Assembly: GCA_963843555.1 (NCBI GenBank)
Contig: CAWJKV010000011.1
Coordinates: 39,631 to 103,630 of the forward strand
DNA: 64,000 bases
Source: an uncultured Methanosarcinales archaeon
Lineage (GTDB): Archaea; Halobacteriota; Methanosarcinia; Methanotrichales; Methanotrichaceae
Direction of reading: 5' to 3'
Position numbers and translations under genes: made by a program. Of the stretch, positions 23,897 through 36,147 are shown piece after piece. Under the pieces are notes generated by a model. The model was not told the origin of the DNA. It ran no database searches and saw only the letters and a program-made list of their open reading frames with translations. How positions within the stretch are numbered: position 1 is the stretch's first letter; each line of letters opens with the position of its first letter.

Positions 23897-24258
23897 GCGA
23901 TCGCATGCTGAGCAGTTCCAGAACAAGGAGTACATACGCCTCGAGACCTTCAAGAAGAACGGACAGGTGGTCCCCACGCCGGTATGGTTCTGTGGATAGC
24001 GACGGCATACTTCGTGCCGTATGCCAACAGCGGCAAGGTCAAGGATGCGCAACAACCCCAGGTGCGGTCACGCCTCCGACGCCTGGGAAGGCCCCAAGGC
24101 GTGACCACTGGAAGGGAGCGGCGAAGCGCGCGAATGGCGACGTGGAGATCAGGATCAGCCAGCTGCTCTACCGCAAGTACGGGCTGATGAAGATGTCCTT
24201 TGACCTTTGGGGGGCCATCAAGCAGCTGGACTGGGCGGTCTTTGCCATCGAGGTCTAG
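23893..24258 (+). CDS. PPOX-class (split-barrel) putative F420-dependent oxidoreductase (frameshifted)
   Basis: YIRLETFKKNGQVVPTPVWF, SGKVK and LYRKYG motifs. Confidence 0.7.
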   Translation: MSDRMLSSSRTRSTYASRPSRRTDRWSPRRYGSVDSDGILRAVCQQRQGQGCATTPGAVTPPTPGKAPRRDHWKGAAKRANGDVEIRISQLLYRKYGLMKMSFDLWGAIKQLDWAVFAIEV

Positions 24259-24464
24259 ATCCGTCCCAGGTTCTCAGTATTCCGGGCAGATTCGATCCAT
24301 CCGGCAAGGATTAAATAAGTTTACACAATAACTACTAATTGGCAAAAAGTAAATGCATATGATAATCAAGAATATAGCGTTATATGAATGCACAAGGTGA
24401 AGAATTGAAACATATCGATGATATATCTTAATAATCACGATAGTTCAGGAGGATGAAAGGATTG

Positions 24465-25311
24465 ATGAAGAATAAATATGTATTTGCTGCATTGTTTGCG
24501 GCCCTAGTCTCTGACTATATCTGCGGGATTCGCCCAGGAGCCAAAAGAGCTCACCGTCTTTACAGCGGCTTCGCTGACCGGCGCTTTCGGCGAGATAGGA
24601 CAGATGTACGAGAATGAAACTGGCATCAATGTGGCATTCAACTTCGACGGCTCGCAGGCTCTCCGCACCCAGATCGAGAACGGAGCTTATGCTGATGTCT
24701 TCGCCTCTGCCAACATGAAGCAGATGAATGCAGTAAAGGACGACGGGCTGATGAACAACAGCAGCATCATCATCTTCACAAGAAACAAGCTCTCTATCAT
24801 CGTTCCCAAGGATAATCCTGCCAAGATCATGCAACCTCTCAGACCTCGCCATGCCTGGAATCAAGATCGTTATGGGAACGAAGGATGTGCCTGTGGGCGA
24901 CTATGCACTGCAGATCATAAGACAAGCTGGGCAACGACTCAGCGTACGGTCCCGATTATGAGACAAAGGTGCTGGCCAATGTCGTCTCGCAAGAGACCAA
25001 TGTCAACTACGTGGTGACCAAGGTAGCCCTGGGAGAGGCGGATGTCGGATTTGCATACGTCTCCGATATCACCGAGGAGTCTGGCAAGCAAGGTGGACAG
25101 GATAGCCATCCCGGACGAATACAATATCATAGCCGAGTATCCCATGGGAATACTGCTGGAATCAAAGTATCCTGCAGAGAGCCAGGAGTTCATGAATCTG
25201 GTGATGTCAGATGAAGGCAAGGCAGTCATGGAAAAGTACGGTTTTGCTCCAGTTGAAGGCGAGCCTGACGTGTCCGAAGGGACAAGCCCGGCGGTGAAGG
25301 CTGCAGCTTAA
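24465..25311 (+). CDS. modA: Molybdate ABC transporter substrate-binding protein (frameshifted)
   Basis: Signal peptide; TAASLTGAF, FDGSQALRTQIENGAYADVFASAN and GEADVGFAYVSD. Confidence 0.92.
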
Positions 25312-25498
25312 CCGGAAGATCTTTCTTTTGGGCCGGGAAAGAGAGAAATCGGGCGCCAAAACCCTGGCCTGAAGAAGTGGCGGAAAAGGGATGGCACCGT
25401 CACAGAGATACTGCCCAGTGCAATTGATTAGCACAAAATGGCAATTCAATTGCTCAGCATAGAGAATGAATAAAATCGCGAGAGAGATCGAGTGACCA

Positions 25499-26394
25499 AT
25501 GGCTTCCAATCAGGCGGATATCAGCCGTTTCGGTGAAAGGAGCTTTGCCGAGCTGGTAGATCAGGAGCACGAAACCATCGGCATCCCTTCCAGGAGCCGG
25601 GAAGCGGCTCTGAAAGGGGGCCTGGCGGCTCTCCTGATCCTGTCCATGGCCTTTATTGCCCTGCCGGTAGTGGCGCTCTTCCTCAAGAGCCCGCTGGACA
25701 CAACTTTGCGATCTTTGCACGATCCAGATGGTGCTGGATGCGCTCAGGCTCTCTCTGACGACTTCCACGATTACAACCATAATTGTAGTTCGTCATTGGA
25801 ACCCCTATCGCCTATGTCAATGCCAGGTTTCACTATTTCGGCAAAGAGCTGGTCGATTCCCTGATCGATCTGCCTGTGATCATGCCACCTGCCGTGGCCG
25901 GCATTGCTCTGCTCATGGCTTTTGGCAGGATGGGCATTGTAGGCCAATATATCAACGCCTTTGGAATAAGCATCGCCTTTACCACTCTGGCGGTGATCAT
26001 TGCCCAGGTCTTCGTTTCCTCGCCCTTTTACATCCGCCAGGCCAAGACGAGCTTCGAGGATGTGGATCTGGCCTTCGAGAATGCGGCTCGCACCCTGGGT
26101 TCTTCCCGGGTTTACACCTTCATTCTCATTACACTGCCCATTGCCATGAACGGCCTGATCTCCGGGGCCGTCATGGCTTTCGCTCGTTCATTGGGCGAGT
26201 TTGGAGCCACTATGATGTTCGCCGGCAACTTTCAAGGCCGGACGCAGACCATGCCTCTGGCCATTTACTCAGCCATGCAGGGCGATCTGGACGTCTCCCT
26301 CTGTATTGCCATAATACTGGTGGCCATCTCCTTTGTGGTCATAGTCCTGGTGAAGATCCTGACCCAGCGGGTGTATAAGAATGTTAGAAATTGA
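25499..26394 (+). CDS. modB: Molybdate ABC transporter permease (frameshifted)
   Basis: DLPVIMPPAVAG, AARTLG, FARSLGEFGAT and TQTMPLAIY. Confidence 0.92.
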
Positions 26395-27106
26395 TATCAA
26401 GAAAAGTCTGAGAGACTTCGATCTGGAGGTGAAAATCAGCGTCGAAAAAGGCGAAATTCTCATGCTGGTGGGAGATAACGGCTGCGGAAAGACCAGCTTA
26501 TTGAATATGGTGGCAGGGCTGCAGGATCCGGAAGAAGGAAGAATAGCTCTGGATGGTGGACCGTTCTTCGATTCCGGCCTGAAGATCAATGTCGCGCCGG
26601 AAGAGAGGAACATTGGATATGTCTTTCAGAGCTACGCTCTCTTTCCCCACATGAGCATCTACGATAATGTAGCCTTCGGCCTGCGGGCTCGCCGCCTCTC
26701 CCGGAGCGAGATCGAGTTCATGGTAAAAGATCATCTCGAGGCTGCCGGGCTCTGGGATATCAGGAAAGCCAGGGCCATCGACGTCTCGGGAGGTCAGAAG
26801 CAGCGAGTGGCTCTGGCAAGAGCACTGATCATCGAGCCCGATCTCCTCTTGCTGGACGAACCGCTCGCAGCTTTAGACGTTCGAGCGCAGGCTGCCATGA
26901 GAAGGGATTTGATGAAGAGGATTCATGCCTGCCATGTGCCGAGCATCATAGTCACTCATGACCTGAGGGATGTGGCCTGCATCGGCGACCGGGCCTGCCT
27001 GCTGGAGAAAGGAAAGATTGCTCTCACGGGAGGTGCTGACGAGGTTTTGGGCTGGGGAACGGGTTTTACTGCAAGCCAGGATGAGGGGGTCACCAGATTG
27101 GAATAG
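26381..27106 (+). CDS. modC: Molybdate ABC transporter ATPase
   Basis: GDNGCGKT, VFQSYALFPHM, SGGQKQRVALARA and LLLDEP. Confidence 0.9.
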   Translation: MLEIDIKKSLRDFDLEVKISVEKGEILMLVGDNGCGKTSLLNMVAGLQDPEEGRIALDGGPFFDSGLKINVAPEERNIGYVFQSYALFPHMSIYDNVAFGLRARRLSRSEIEFMVKDHLEAAGLWDIRKARAIDVSGGQKQRVALARALIIEPDLLLLDEPLAALDVRAQAAMRRDLMKRIHACHVPSIIVTHDLRDVACIGDRACLLEKGKIALTGGADEVLGWGTGFTASQDEGVTRLE

Positions 27107-27140
27107 CACACTTCGGCTGAAGAGTATCTTTGGGAATCCA

Positions 27141-27277
27141 GGAAGGAACTAATAGTCTCATTCAAGCAGCAAAGGATAGTGCAAGAGGCTTCAGGTCAAC
27201 AAAGAATTTTATTATTACTATTTATCTTAGGATGGGCAACTCGAATTCATTTTACCCACATGAAACAGCGAAGAGCC
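27141..27277 (+). mobile_element. ISL3-family 3' remnant with terminal inverted repeat
   Basis: Near-identical to the reverse complement of about 63386-63522. Encodes EGTNSLIQAAKDSARGFRS and ends ACCCACATGAAACAGCGAAGAGCC. Confidence 0.92.
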
Positions 27278-27303
27278 AAAAAAAGAGATTGGGTCAAGCA
27301 ATT

Positions 27304-28123
27304 CTACACGCAGGGCAGCCAGTCGACGCTGATGGCTCCACAGGTAGAGTTGCCCCAGAGCTGGATGAACTTCTCAATGGAAAAGACACCAGTAAGGTCT
27401 TCCACACTGCGACCGTACTCAGCATGACGGCCTTTCAGCTGTGGGTCAGCCATAGGATCACGCGAGATCCATCCGATGTGGGCAACGCCTATGACGTTAC
27501 TGTTCAGATTTGCCTCCAGTACGCCTGTGCAGCAGGCTGGGCAGCCATCGGAATAAACAAGACGGCTTGCTCGGGTCATTGGTTGCTAAACTTGCCGTAT
27601 CCTCTTGTCTTGACCTCAGTGGTCTTTTGCAGGTGCTCAGCATGGGTGTACATCTCAGTGAGCACAGAGCCGATCCTGTAATTCTGCACGCACAGCTTCT
27701 CAACCCATTTCTGATCGTAGGTGCCAGTCTGGTAGGAGACGGGCATGTACTCGAACTCTGCTTCCTTGGTGAAGTTGATATAGTCCATGGGGCAGTTAGA
27801 GCCGGTTGGCCATTGGCATTCACACTTTGCCCCTGGTATTGGCAATCCCATCTGGGAAGAATTGCCCAGCCAATGCCGGTTCCATTATTGTTGAGCTGCC
27901 TCTCGGCCTCAAGCTCGGTTCTCTCGGTGATGACGTTACCGGAGCCCGACTCTTTCTCAACCAGCTTTTGGCCGTTAAAGCCGGTCTGAGTGGAAATGAT
28001 CATCTCTACGTTCTTGTATCCTACGCCCTTGACCGATGCCTTTTCGTACATGTAATTGGCGGCCCCTGCCATGCCTACCAAGGCAATAGCTAATACCGCC
28101 AAAACAATTAACCTTCTAATCAT
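27304..28123 (-). CDS. Secreted Cys-rich beta-rich protein, probable major sheath protein (MspA-like), frameshifted
   Basis: Signal peptide; frames join as ANYMYEKASVKGVGYK...DYINFTKEAEFEYMP...CCTGVLEANLNSNVIG...GVFSIEKFIQLW...DWLPCV. The family assignment is from recall, not a search. Confidence 0.55.
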
Positions 28124-28273
28124 TCAATTCCCTCCTTGAGCTTCTTGGATCGCTCATCACTGCTTATCTAGATTTCGGATGAAAGCCCGGGTTGAGTCAG
28201 AGGCTTTTAAGGAGATCGGATCATACTGAGGAAGATATATTTGATCAAAAAAAGAAGATGCAAAGCGCGATCT

Positions 28274-31200
28274 TCATCGTCCTTGCATCATTTTTTGGAC
28301 CTGTTTCTGGAGTTTATCCAGCTCTCCGGTCTTATGCAGATAGTATCCAGCCCCGATGGCAATGAGCAGTACAAGGATCAGGGCAATCAGCCAGTTCCTG
28401 TTTTGTGCCTTCTCCACATTCACCGTTCTGCTCAGGCTCGTCCACGCCGACTTTGTGCAATCCTGGGTCCTTCGGTTCGTAGCTGAAGTCGACTGTGGAA
28501 TTCTTACCCGCACTGACAGTCACATTCTTGCTGTCTACGACCGTGTCGTTTACCATCAGCTCCAGCATGCGGGAGTCGTTCTTCGCTGCCGGTGTTCTGC
28601 ACTATGCTGAGATCTTTATCGCCTGCTGAGACATATGGCAGTGTCTGGGCACCGTCAGATTCACCACCTTCAAAGAAGATGCCACCGCAATCTTTCTGAT
28701 GGCGGAGTTTAAGCCCTCTTTTTCCACCTTAAATGTAGGCTCGCCGTGGTATTGGCAGAATAGGTCAGCTTCCCTTGAGCACTGGTGTTGCCTATGCTCT
28801 TCCATCCAGGAAGATCTCTGCCCCTTCCACTGGCGTCTGGTTTATGCCTTCCGCAACGGTTATGAGGAAGTTTCTCGCCTTGACTACCTCGGCTGGTACA
28901 TTGAGGGTCAACTGGTTGGCGAGTGATGCATTTGCCTCCTGGATTGAAGCCAGGTTTGCAGCCTCAGACGCTGTTGTTACTACCATGCTGGCCTTGCCGT
29001 CAAGGTAGCCTGACTTCTTGGCGACTACAGAGTAAGTGCCAGTGCTCGATGGCTTGTAGCTGATCAATCCGGAGATATCCGTAGTTCCAATGTTGCTTCC
29101 GTTTACTGATATCTGAACCCCGGTCAGAGCCTCGGTCCCCGATTTGGTGCTGATGGAGACCGGCCTGTTCACCACAGCAGCAGGAACGGTCAACGTTATT
29201 GTGCTTCCCTCTCCCGCCTTGGAGGCAATGGGTGCAAGCAGCCTCTTGGCATTATCGGCAACCTCGAGCCTCAGGTTCTCCATGATATCGATGACCCTGC
29301 CCCGTCCGAGGCTGATCGTGCCGTCGTTTATCATGGTGATGCCGTCGTCGCCAAGAGCATCAACCTTCATCTTGCCGTGAACTTCGCCTTCTTCCACAGA
29401 CTCCGGGCTATCGGATACCTGGAATATGGCGTCGACTGTGGCCAGGCTGGACTCGGTGCTCTGGAAGACGCTTTCAATATGGGCTGCGATCATGGGTACA
29501 TCTTTTTCTGAACCCATATCCACTTTATACATGTAGTTGGATGACTTCGGGTCGCTGGAAGGAGTGACGACCTTGCTGTCTATCTCTTTCCCGTCCCTGG
29601 CGAGCGCCAGATAGACCTTATTTCCATTCAGATCCACCTGCTTGATGCGCAGCTCATAGCCCTCTTGCAGAGATAGAACCGATCCGCTGGCAATCGTCCG
29701 GCTTTCATCGCTATCCAGCAAGACCCGTCTTAACTGGCCTTCATTGATGGCACTGGCCTCATCCGTAAACTCTGTCTCGTTGTTGTAGCCTGCGAAGTAT
29801 TTGTCGGCCATGAAGCCGATGACGTCGTACCTGCCCCAGTTATCGAACTTGAACTTAACCTTCTGGGGGCTGGTGGTGTAGACAGATCGTTCTCGTTGAT
29901 CTTATTGCCGCCACTGATCGTTACCTGCAGGCTCTCTGTACCGACATCGTCGTCTATGTCGTAGTAGAACCCCTCGAAGTTGTAGGAGTCCAGGTGAATT
30001 TTTCGGTAGTAGATGGATCTATCACCGTGCCCCTCACTTCGTAGCTTCCCGCTCTCTCTACCACGGGAGCAAAGCGGACTATATCGTCATCTGCAACCTG
30101 GAATCCGACATTTCCGAAGATATTGGTAGTGCTTCCTCTGCGGAGTGAGAATGAATCTTCGTTCTCCATCTCTACTCCGTCGGAGAGTGAAGTCAACCTT
30201 CATCTTACCGTACTTATCGCCTTCTTCAACTGAGTCGTATGTGTCGGATATCTGGAAGAGTCCGTCCACAGTCACCAGATCGGATTCGGTGCTGGCAAAG
30301 ACGTTGGAGATATGGGCCAGGACAATGGGGGTTTTTTCTCCGGCGATGTCCACCTCATACTTGTAGGTCGAGCTCTTGGGTCTTCGGGCGAGACTACCTT
30401 GCTGTCCACTTCCTCTCCGTCCTTGGCCAGTGACAGGTAGACTTTATTTCCGTTGATGTCGATCTGTTTGATGCGCAGCTCATAGCCCTCCTCCAATGGC
30501 AAAGCCGATCCTGTGGTTAAGGTGCTCTCATTATCGCTGTCGACGAGAACTCTCCTCAGCTGGCCGTCATTTATCAGGCTTCTATTCGTGTCAGAGATAT
30601 CGCCGGCATCATAGCCTGCGAAGTACTTCTCGGCCATGAAGCCGATGACCTGGTAGCTTCCCCAGTCGTTGAATTCGAAGTCGGTATCCTGTGCAGTTGT
30701 GCTATAAATCAGATCACCGGAGTCAACAGATCTTCCATTCTCCTGAAGCTTTATTGTAAGCTCTTCCGTGCCTACATCGTTCTTCAGGTCGTAGAAGAAT
30801 CCTGAGAAAGTCTGGGGAGTCCAGTATACGGATTCGGATCGCCCTCTCTCCAGATTCTGTCCGTCATCGCCTCAGTCCCTTCAGACGTCGTTTCGCTGGA
30901 TTGTGTTTCTGTAGCATTTTCAGAGGCATTTTCCGGTGGCAGCTGCGATGCAGATTCGTTCTGAGAGATATTCTCGGAAACCGTGCCATTGCTGACCGAT
31001 GCGTTATTGGAAATTACCGTTCCTGGAGGTACATTCTCTGGAGGCGTAACCGTTGTACTCGCAGCAGCTGCATTTTGACTTGCAGAATTTGCGCTGGTCT
31101 GTGCCGTTCCCGTCTCCTGGGCGGTTTGGGCCGGGTTCACTGTGGCGCGCGGCAGCCGCGCTTGTGGTCATAGCTTTGGCGGATGGCGACTGCGAGCTGG

Positions 31201-31582
31201 ATTGCGTTTGAGTTGCCGGAGAAGAGCTTTTTGTGGTTAAGCTCCCTGTGGATAGCGAAGCAGTTGACGTTGCTGTAGCCGCTGCCGCCGTTGTCGCCGT
31301 AGCGGTTGAGACTGGGGTTTGAGTCTGCCCGGATGTCTGTGCTACAGCGGCTTTATTGCTGCTTCTTGTCCCGAGAGGCTTCAGCCCTGTGTTGCGCTTC
31401 GCCAGTGTTTCTGCTGAAATCGTCTCTCCCTCTGCCTGGCCTTCTGAAGCCAAGCTCTGGCTTATGATTGGGGCCGCCCCATTTGCCGATGCCTGTGGGG
31501 TTTGCGCCAATGCATTTACTGGTAGAGCTGCGGCTATTACCATGAGAAGCAGACATACTCCACCGACTCTGACGTAATCCAT
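28274..31582 (-). CDS. S-layer-domain protein (two DUF1608-like repeats, Ig-like domains, C-terminal TM anchor), frameshifted
   Basis: Duplicated IGFMAE/DKYFAGY...LEEGYELRIKQIDINGNKVYL repeats; Ala/Thr/Ser-rich N-terminus; hydrophobic then basic C-terminus. Confidence 0.85.
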
Positions 31583-31880
31583 AAATCTCCTCCAATACCT
31601 GACATAAACCTTATAATCTTATTTATATTTTTTATTCTTGTTATTTTTAGCAGCCTTTCTCCAGCCGCTAACTCATGCTCGTCTTGCATGGATGTACTTT
31701 ACGTTTATAAATTTGATCACAAAATGGGTGTATTCGGGGTTTAATCTAAGGGCATAATGCATCCAATCCTCAAGCATTGTCTTTTCATTCCAATTGCCGT
31801 TCGAATTTTACCGAACGATCTGAACTGTAAGGACCACACTTAAACCTTGTGGTATGCGAAGGCTTTTTATATCGGACAAC

Positions 31881-31915
31881 TGACTTAGATTAAGTCACTG
31901 ACTTGTAATCAGTCA
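31881..31915. promoter_or_regulatory. Two tandem palindromic operators between the TATA box and the tetR start
   Basis: TGACTTA-GAT-TAAGTCA (31881-31897) and TGACT-TGTAATC-AGTCA (31899-31915); TTTTTATATC just upstream. Confidence 0.75.
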
Positions 31916-31927
31916 TTAGGCGATGAG

Positions 31928-32581
31928 ATGACGAGGATCGTAAAAGAGCCGGAAGAGAGAAGAAAAGAGCTGATAGACACAGCAGAGCAATTGTTCATAG
32001 CACAGGGCTATGAGCAGACTTCCATCAGCGATATAGTAAGAGAGGTCAATGTATCTCAGGGCGCTTTTTACTACTACTTCGAATCAAAGGAAGACGTCCT
32101 GGTGGCAGTGATGGAGAAGCAGATAGCTTTAATGGAAAGCGATTTCATCCGGATTGCAAACAATAGCGACCTGGATGAGGCAGGCAAACTCAATTCCATG
32201 ATCAACCGCTTTCTAAGCATCTCTGCATCCGGAAAAAAGATCATGGCTATATCCACCAGGCCAAAAATGCCACGCTGCATAAGAAGCTGATGAGGGTGAA
32301 GCCATTTGCCAGGATCGCTCCGGTTATGGCGGAGGTAATCTCCAAGGGCTGCAAGAATGATCGTTTTCATGTAGAGCGCCCTCTGGAGACCTCCTACCTC
32401 CTGCTCGTGCTGATCGCGTCTGCTAATCATATGTTCTATCAGAAAAACGATGATTTAGCCAATTCAAAAAATGCTGATCAGGCAGATCGGGAATTTCTTG
32501 AGAATATGCGTGCGGCCATGGAGGATCTCCTGGGCAGAGATGCTTGGGGTTAGCGATTACAGGTTCATCCTGCAGATTTAG
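31928..32581 (+). CDS. TetR/AcrR-family regulator (frameshifted)
   Basis: KEPEERRKELIDTAEQLF...TSISDIV...GAFYYYFESKEDV HTH. Confidence 0.9.
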
Positions 32582-32613
32582 GTTGCCGGGGAAGAAAGAA
32601 CACGCATTGATAC

Positions 32614-32631
32614 TGACTTATGTATAAGTCA
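32614..32631. promoter_or_regulatory. Third palindromic operator upstream of the ABC ATPase
   Basis: TGACTTA-TGTA-TAAGTCA, with the same half-sites as at 31881. Confidence 0.7.
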
Positions 32632-32651
32632 ATTGACATTGAATTGAGAAG

Positions 32652-33705
32652 GTGAACAATATCACAAGTGGAATTGAACCGATGGACGGACCTCAACCTG
32701 GCCAGGCCAAGGGCGAGGCTGCCATCTCCATGCAGGGTCTGACTAAAAGGTTCGGCGAAATGACCGCCGTGGATCACATAGACCTGGAAATAAATAAGGG
32801 CGAGCTCTTCGGTCTCCTGGGTGCCAATGGAGCCGGCAAGAGCACCATCATCAAGATGCTCACCACCATGCTCACGCCAACAGAGGGCGAAGCCCGTGTA
32901 TGGGGTCACAACGTGACCAGGGAGAGAAATGCTGTGCGATCCTCGATCGGCGTCGTCTTTCAGGATCCGGCTGTGGATGACATGCTGACCGGCCGGGAGA
33001 ACCTGGACTTTCACGGCAGGATGTACGGAATGGACGGCCCCCTGCGCCAGGAGAGGATCGATGAGGTTCTGGAACTGGTGGATCTGGCCGATAAGGCGGA
33101 CATCAAGATGGAAGACTACTCCGGTGGCATGCAGCGGAGGCTGGAGATCGCCAGGGGTCTGATGCATTATCCACATGTGCTCTTCCTGGACGAGCCCACC
33201 CTTGGTCTGGATGCCCAGACCAGGCGATACATCTGGCAGTACATCCGCAATATGAACAGAGAGAAGGGCGTAACCATCATCCTCACCACCCATTACATGG
33301 AAGAGGCGGATGCTCTCTGCGAGCGCGTGGCCATCATCGATAGCGGTAAGATCGTAGCCCTGGACACACCCTCAGAACCTCAAAGATATGATCGGATCTG
33401 ACACGGTCAGCCTGGAGGTCCAGAGAGGTGCGGAGGCATTGATGCCATGCCTGCAATCCTTTCCCTGGATCAAGTCCAGCATCAACATCAATGGAACCAT
33501 CGAGCTTCAGGTGGACCATGCCCAATCCAGGATTCCCGAGATCATGCAGGAGGCAAATAAGTGCGGCTGCAGTAATCAGCTCTGTCGGACTGCATGAGCC
33601 CACTTTGGAGGACGTTTTCCTCAAGTACACGGGCAGGAAGATAAGAGAGACAGGGGGCGCAGCCAACTCCATGGGCGACCAATGATGCACAGGAGGAGAA
33701 GATGA
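32652..33705 (+). CDS. ABC exporter ATPase, DrrA-like (frameshifted)
   Basis: GANGAGKST, YSGGMQRRLEIARGL, LDEPTLGLD, TTHYMEEAD and PTLEDVFL. Confidence 0.9.
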
Positions 33706-34476
33706 GACAGGGATCTCTACGCCATTTACAGCATCTGGCTTCGGGAGATGCTGCGCTTCTTCCGGCTGAAGAGCCGCCTCTTTGGGTCTATAGCCTCGCC
33801 CTTCTTCTTCCTGGCCTTCCTGGGCAATCGGATTTGGCAGAGGCACCACCATGCCCGGCATTCCCTCTGGCGTAGACTATGTCAGCTTCCTGACTCCCGG
33901 GATCATAGGCATGACATTGCTCTTCTCCGCCACCTTTGCCGGCCTTTCCGTCCTCTGGGACAGGGAGTTCGGCTTCTTAAAAGAGATAATGGTTGCCCCG
34001 GTGAGCAGAATCGCCATAGTCCTGGGGCGAACGGCCGGAGGCTTGACCACCGGCATCCTGCAAGCCTTGATCATACTTGTTGCAGGGATACTCATGGGAA
34101 TGACGATGCCAAGCCTTGCCGGATTCCTGTTCTCCCTGGTATTCATGGTCCTGATAGCCGCGACCTTCATCGGCCTCGGACTGGCCTTCTCCTCGAAGAT
34201 GAAGGATATGTCCGGATTCAGCCTGATCATGAACTTCCTCATCTTTCCGTTGTTCTTCCTGTCCGGGGCGCTCTTTCCCCTGGACAGATTTCCTGAGTCT
34301 GATAAGGTATCTCGCTTACCTCAATCCCCTCACCTATGGCGTGGACGGCTTGAGATACAGCCTGATAGGCATCGAGCGCCCTTTCTCCTGTAGTGGACTT
34401 GGCCGTTCTGGCGGTCTGCTGCGCTGCCATGCTGTTCCTGGGTGCATATCTCTTTGAGAATACCGAGGTGAAGTGA
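33702..34476 (+). CDS. ABC-2 type permease (frameshifted)
   Basis: FLTPGIIGM, DREFGFLKEIMVAPV, FLSGALFP and NPLTYGVD. Confidence 0.88.
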
Positions 34477-34548
34477 TCTTCAGACAAAGCAATCCTTGCT
34501 GCTTTGCCGCAAAGAATCATTCGAAGAAGGTGAACAGACATTTCCAAA

Positions 34549-35218
34549 GTGATAGAGCTGAAGAACATCCAGAAGACCTACCGCATCGGTGACAGCGAGT
34601 ATCCCGTGCTGAAGGGCATAGACCTGATGATCGAGCCGGGCGAGTTCATAGCCCTCATGGGCCCTTCCGGCAGCGGCAAGTCCACGCTCTTGAACATCGT
34701 GGGCTGCCTGGACCGGCCTACAAGCGGCCATTTTATGCTGCTGGGTCAGGATATCAGCCAGACCTCGGACGATGAGCTGGCCCGATTGAGACGGGAGGAG
34801 CTGGGTTTCATCTTCCAGACCTTCAACCTCATCGGGCGAATATCTGTCCTGAAGAATGTGGAGGTGCCCATGATGCTTCACGATGTTCCGCGCGTGGAGA
34901 GAAAGGCACGCGCTCTGAAGCTGCTCGAAGCCGTGACATATTGCCGATCGGGCCGATTTCAGCCCTCCCAACATCTCAGGCGGAGAGCGGCAGAGGGTGG
35001 CCATAGCCCGGGCCCTGGCCAACGATCCCAAGATCATTATCGCCGACGAGCCCACCGGAAACCTGGATCTGAAGAACAGCGATGAGGTCATGAACATCCT
35101 CACCAACTTGAATCGAGATGGTCGAACCATCATCATGGTTACCCATAATCCGGAGATAACGGAGAACTGCAGCCGCGTCATTCGGCTCAGAGACGGACGA
35201 ATCCTGGAGAATGCATAA
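34549..35218 (+). CDS. LolD/MacB-type ABC ATPase (frameshifted)
   Basis: GPSGSGKST, GFIFQTFNL and ADEPTGNLD. Confidence 0.9.
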
Positions 35219-36147
35219 TGAAAAGAATATTTCAAATCTTCTTCCTGCTGCTGCTGGTAGCAGGCTTTGCAGCAGCCTATGAGTATCACATGCCTGTGAA
35301 TATCCAAAATACAGTCACGCCAGCCGTGCTCATGCCCGGCGATGAGGCCATGCTTGCCATCGAGCTGCAGAATGGGGCAGCAGCCTACGGCGCAGGCAAG
35401 GATGCTGGAATGGGCAGCACAGCCCAGAATGCCCTCCTCTCCACGCCAATCAATAGAACGAAGCTGCAGGGAACGTCTGAGCTGAAGGTCATCACTCCCG
35501 ATTATCACGAATCTGGGCATGATCGGCCCTAATGATAAGATCACCCTTTACTACAAGATAGGGCCTGCCAGAACATAACCAGCGGCACTTATCTGCTGGA
35601 CTTCCAGGTTCAAGGGCGGATACGATATGCTCACCATCAACCGCCAGATTCCCATCAAGGTTGATTTGGCGACTGTGAACATGGCCACGCGCCGAGGCAT
35701 CGTCCACCACCAAGCCGATCCTCAACCTGAATGTGGCCAATCCCAGGGAGAATACTCTCAATGCTGTGACCATTGTGCCTTCTGCCAAAGGAATCAGCTT
35801 CTCGCCGGATCAGTACTATATCGGCACCATGGACCCGGATGAGGTCTTCACCATCAGCTTCAGCCTGGCCTCTGATGATCCGACAAAACACCATCCAGAG
35901 AGCGCGACGAACGTCAGCTTCGTGGCCAGATTCAAGAACGGCGATACCTGGCACGAGTCAGAACCGTATATCACCAACTATATTCCGCCTCTGGATAACA
36001 CCAAGCCGAACAATTACCTGCTGCCTTTAGGGCATTGCGGCCCTGATCATGATCATTGCGGGCGGCTACCTGTATCGCAAGAAGAGGCTTTCGAGCAAGC
36101 CACAGAATGGGAATCGATCTCAATTAACGTCATGGAGGAGCAGATGA
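35218..36147 (+). CDS. Secreted, membrane-anchored COG1361-like protein (frameshifted)
   Basis: Signal peptide, VLMPGDEAML, YYIGTMDPDE, C-terminal TM plus YRKKR; lies between the ABC ATPase and permease. Confidence 0.65.

Noticed and set aside
27130..27681. 183-aa plus-strand ORF
   Set aside because: A chimera of the ISL3 remnant and the antisense of the sheath-like gene.
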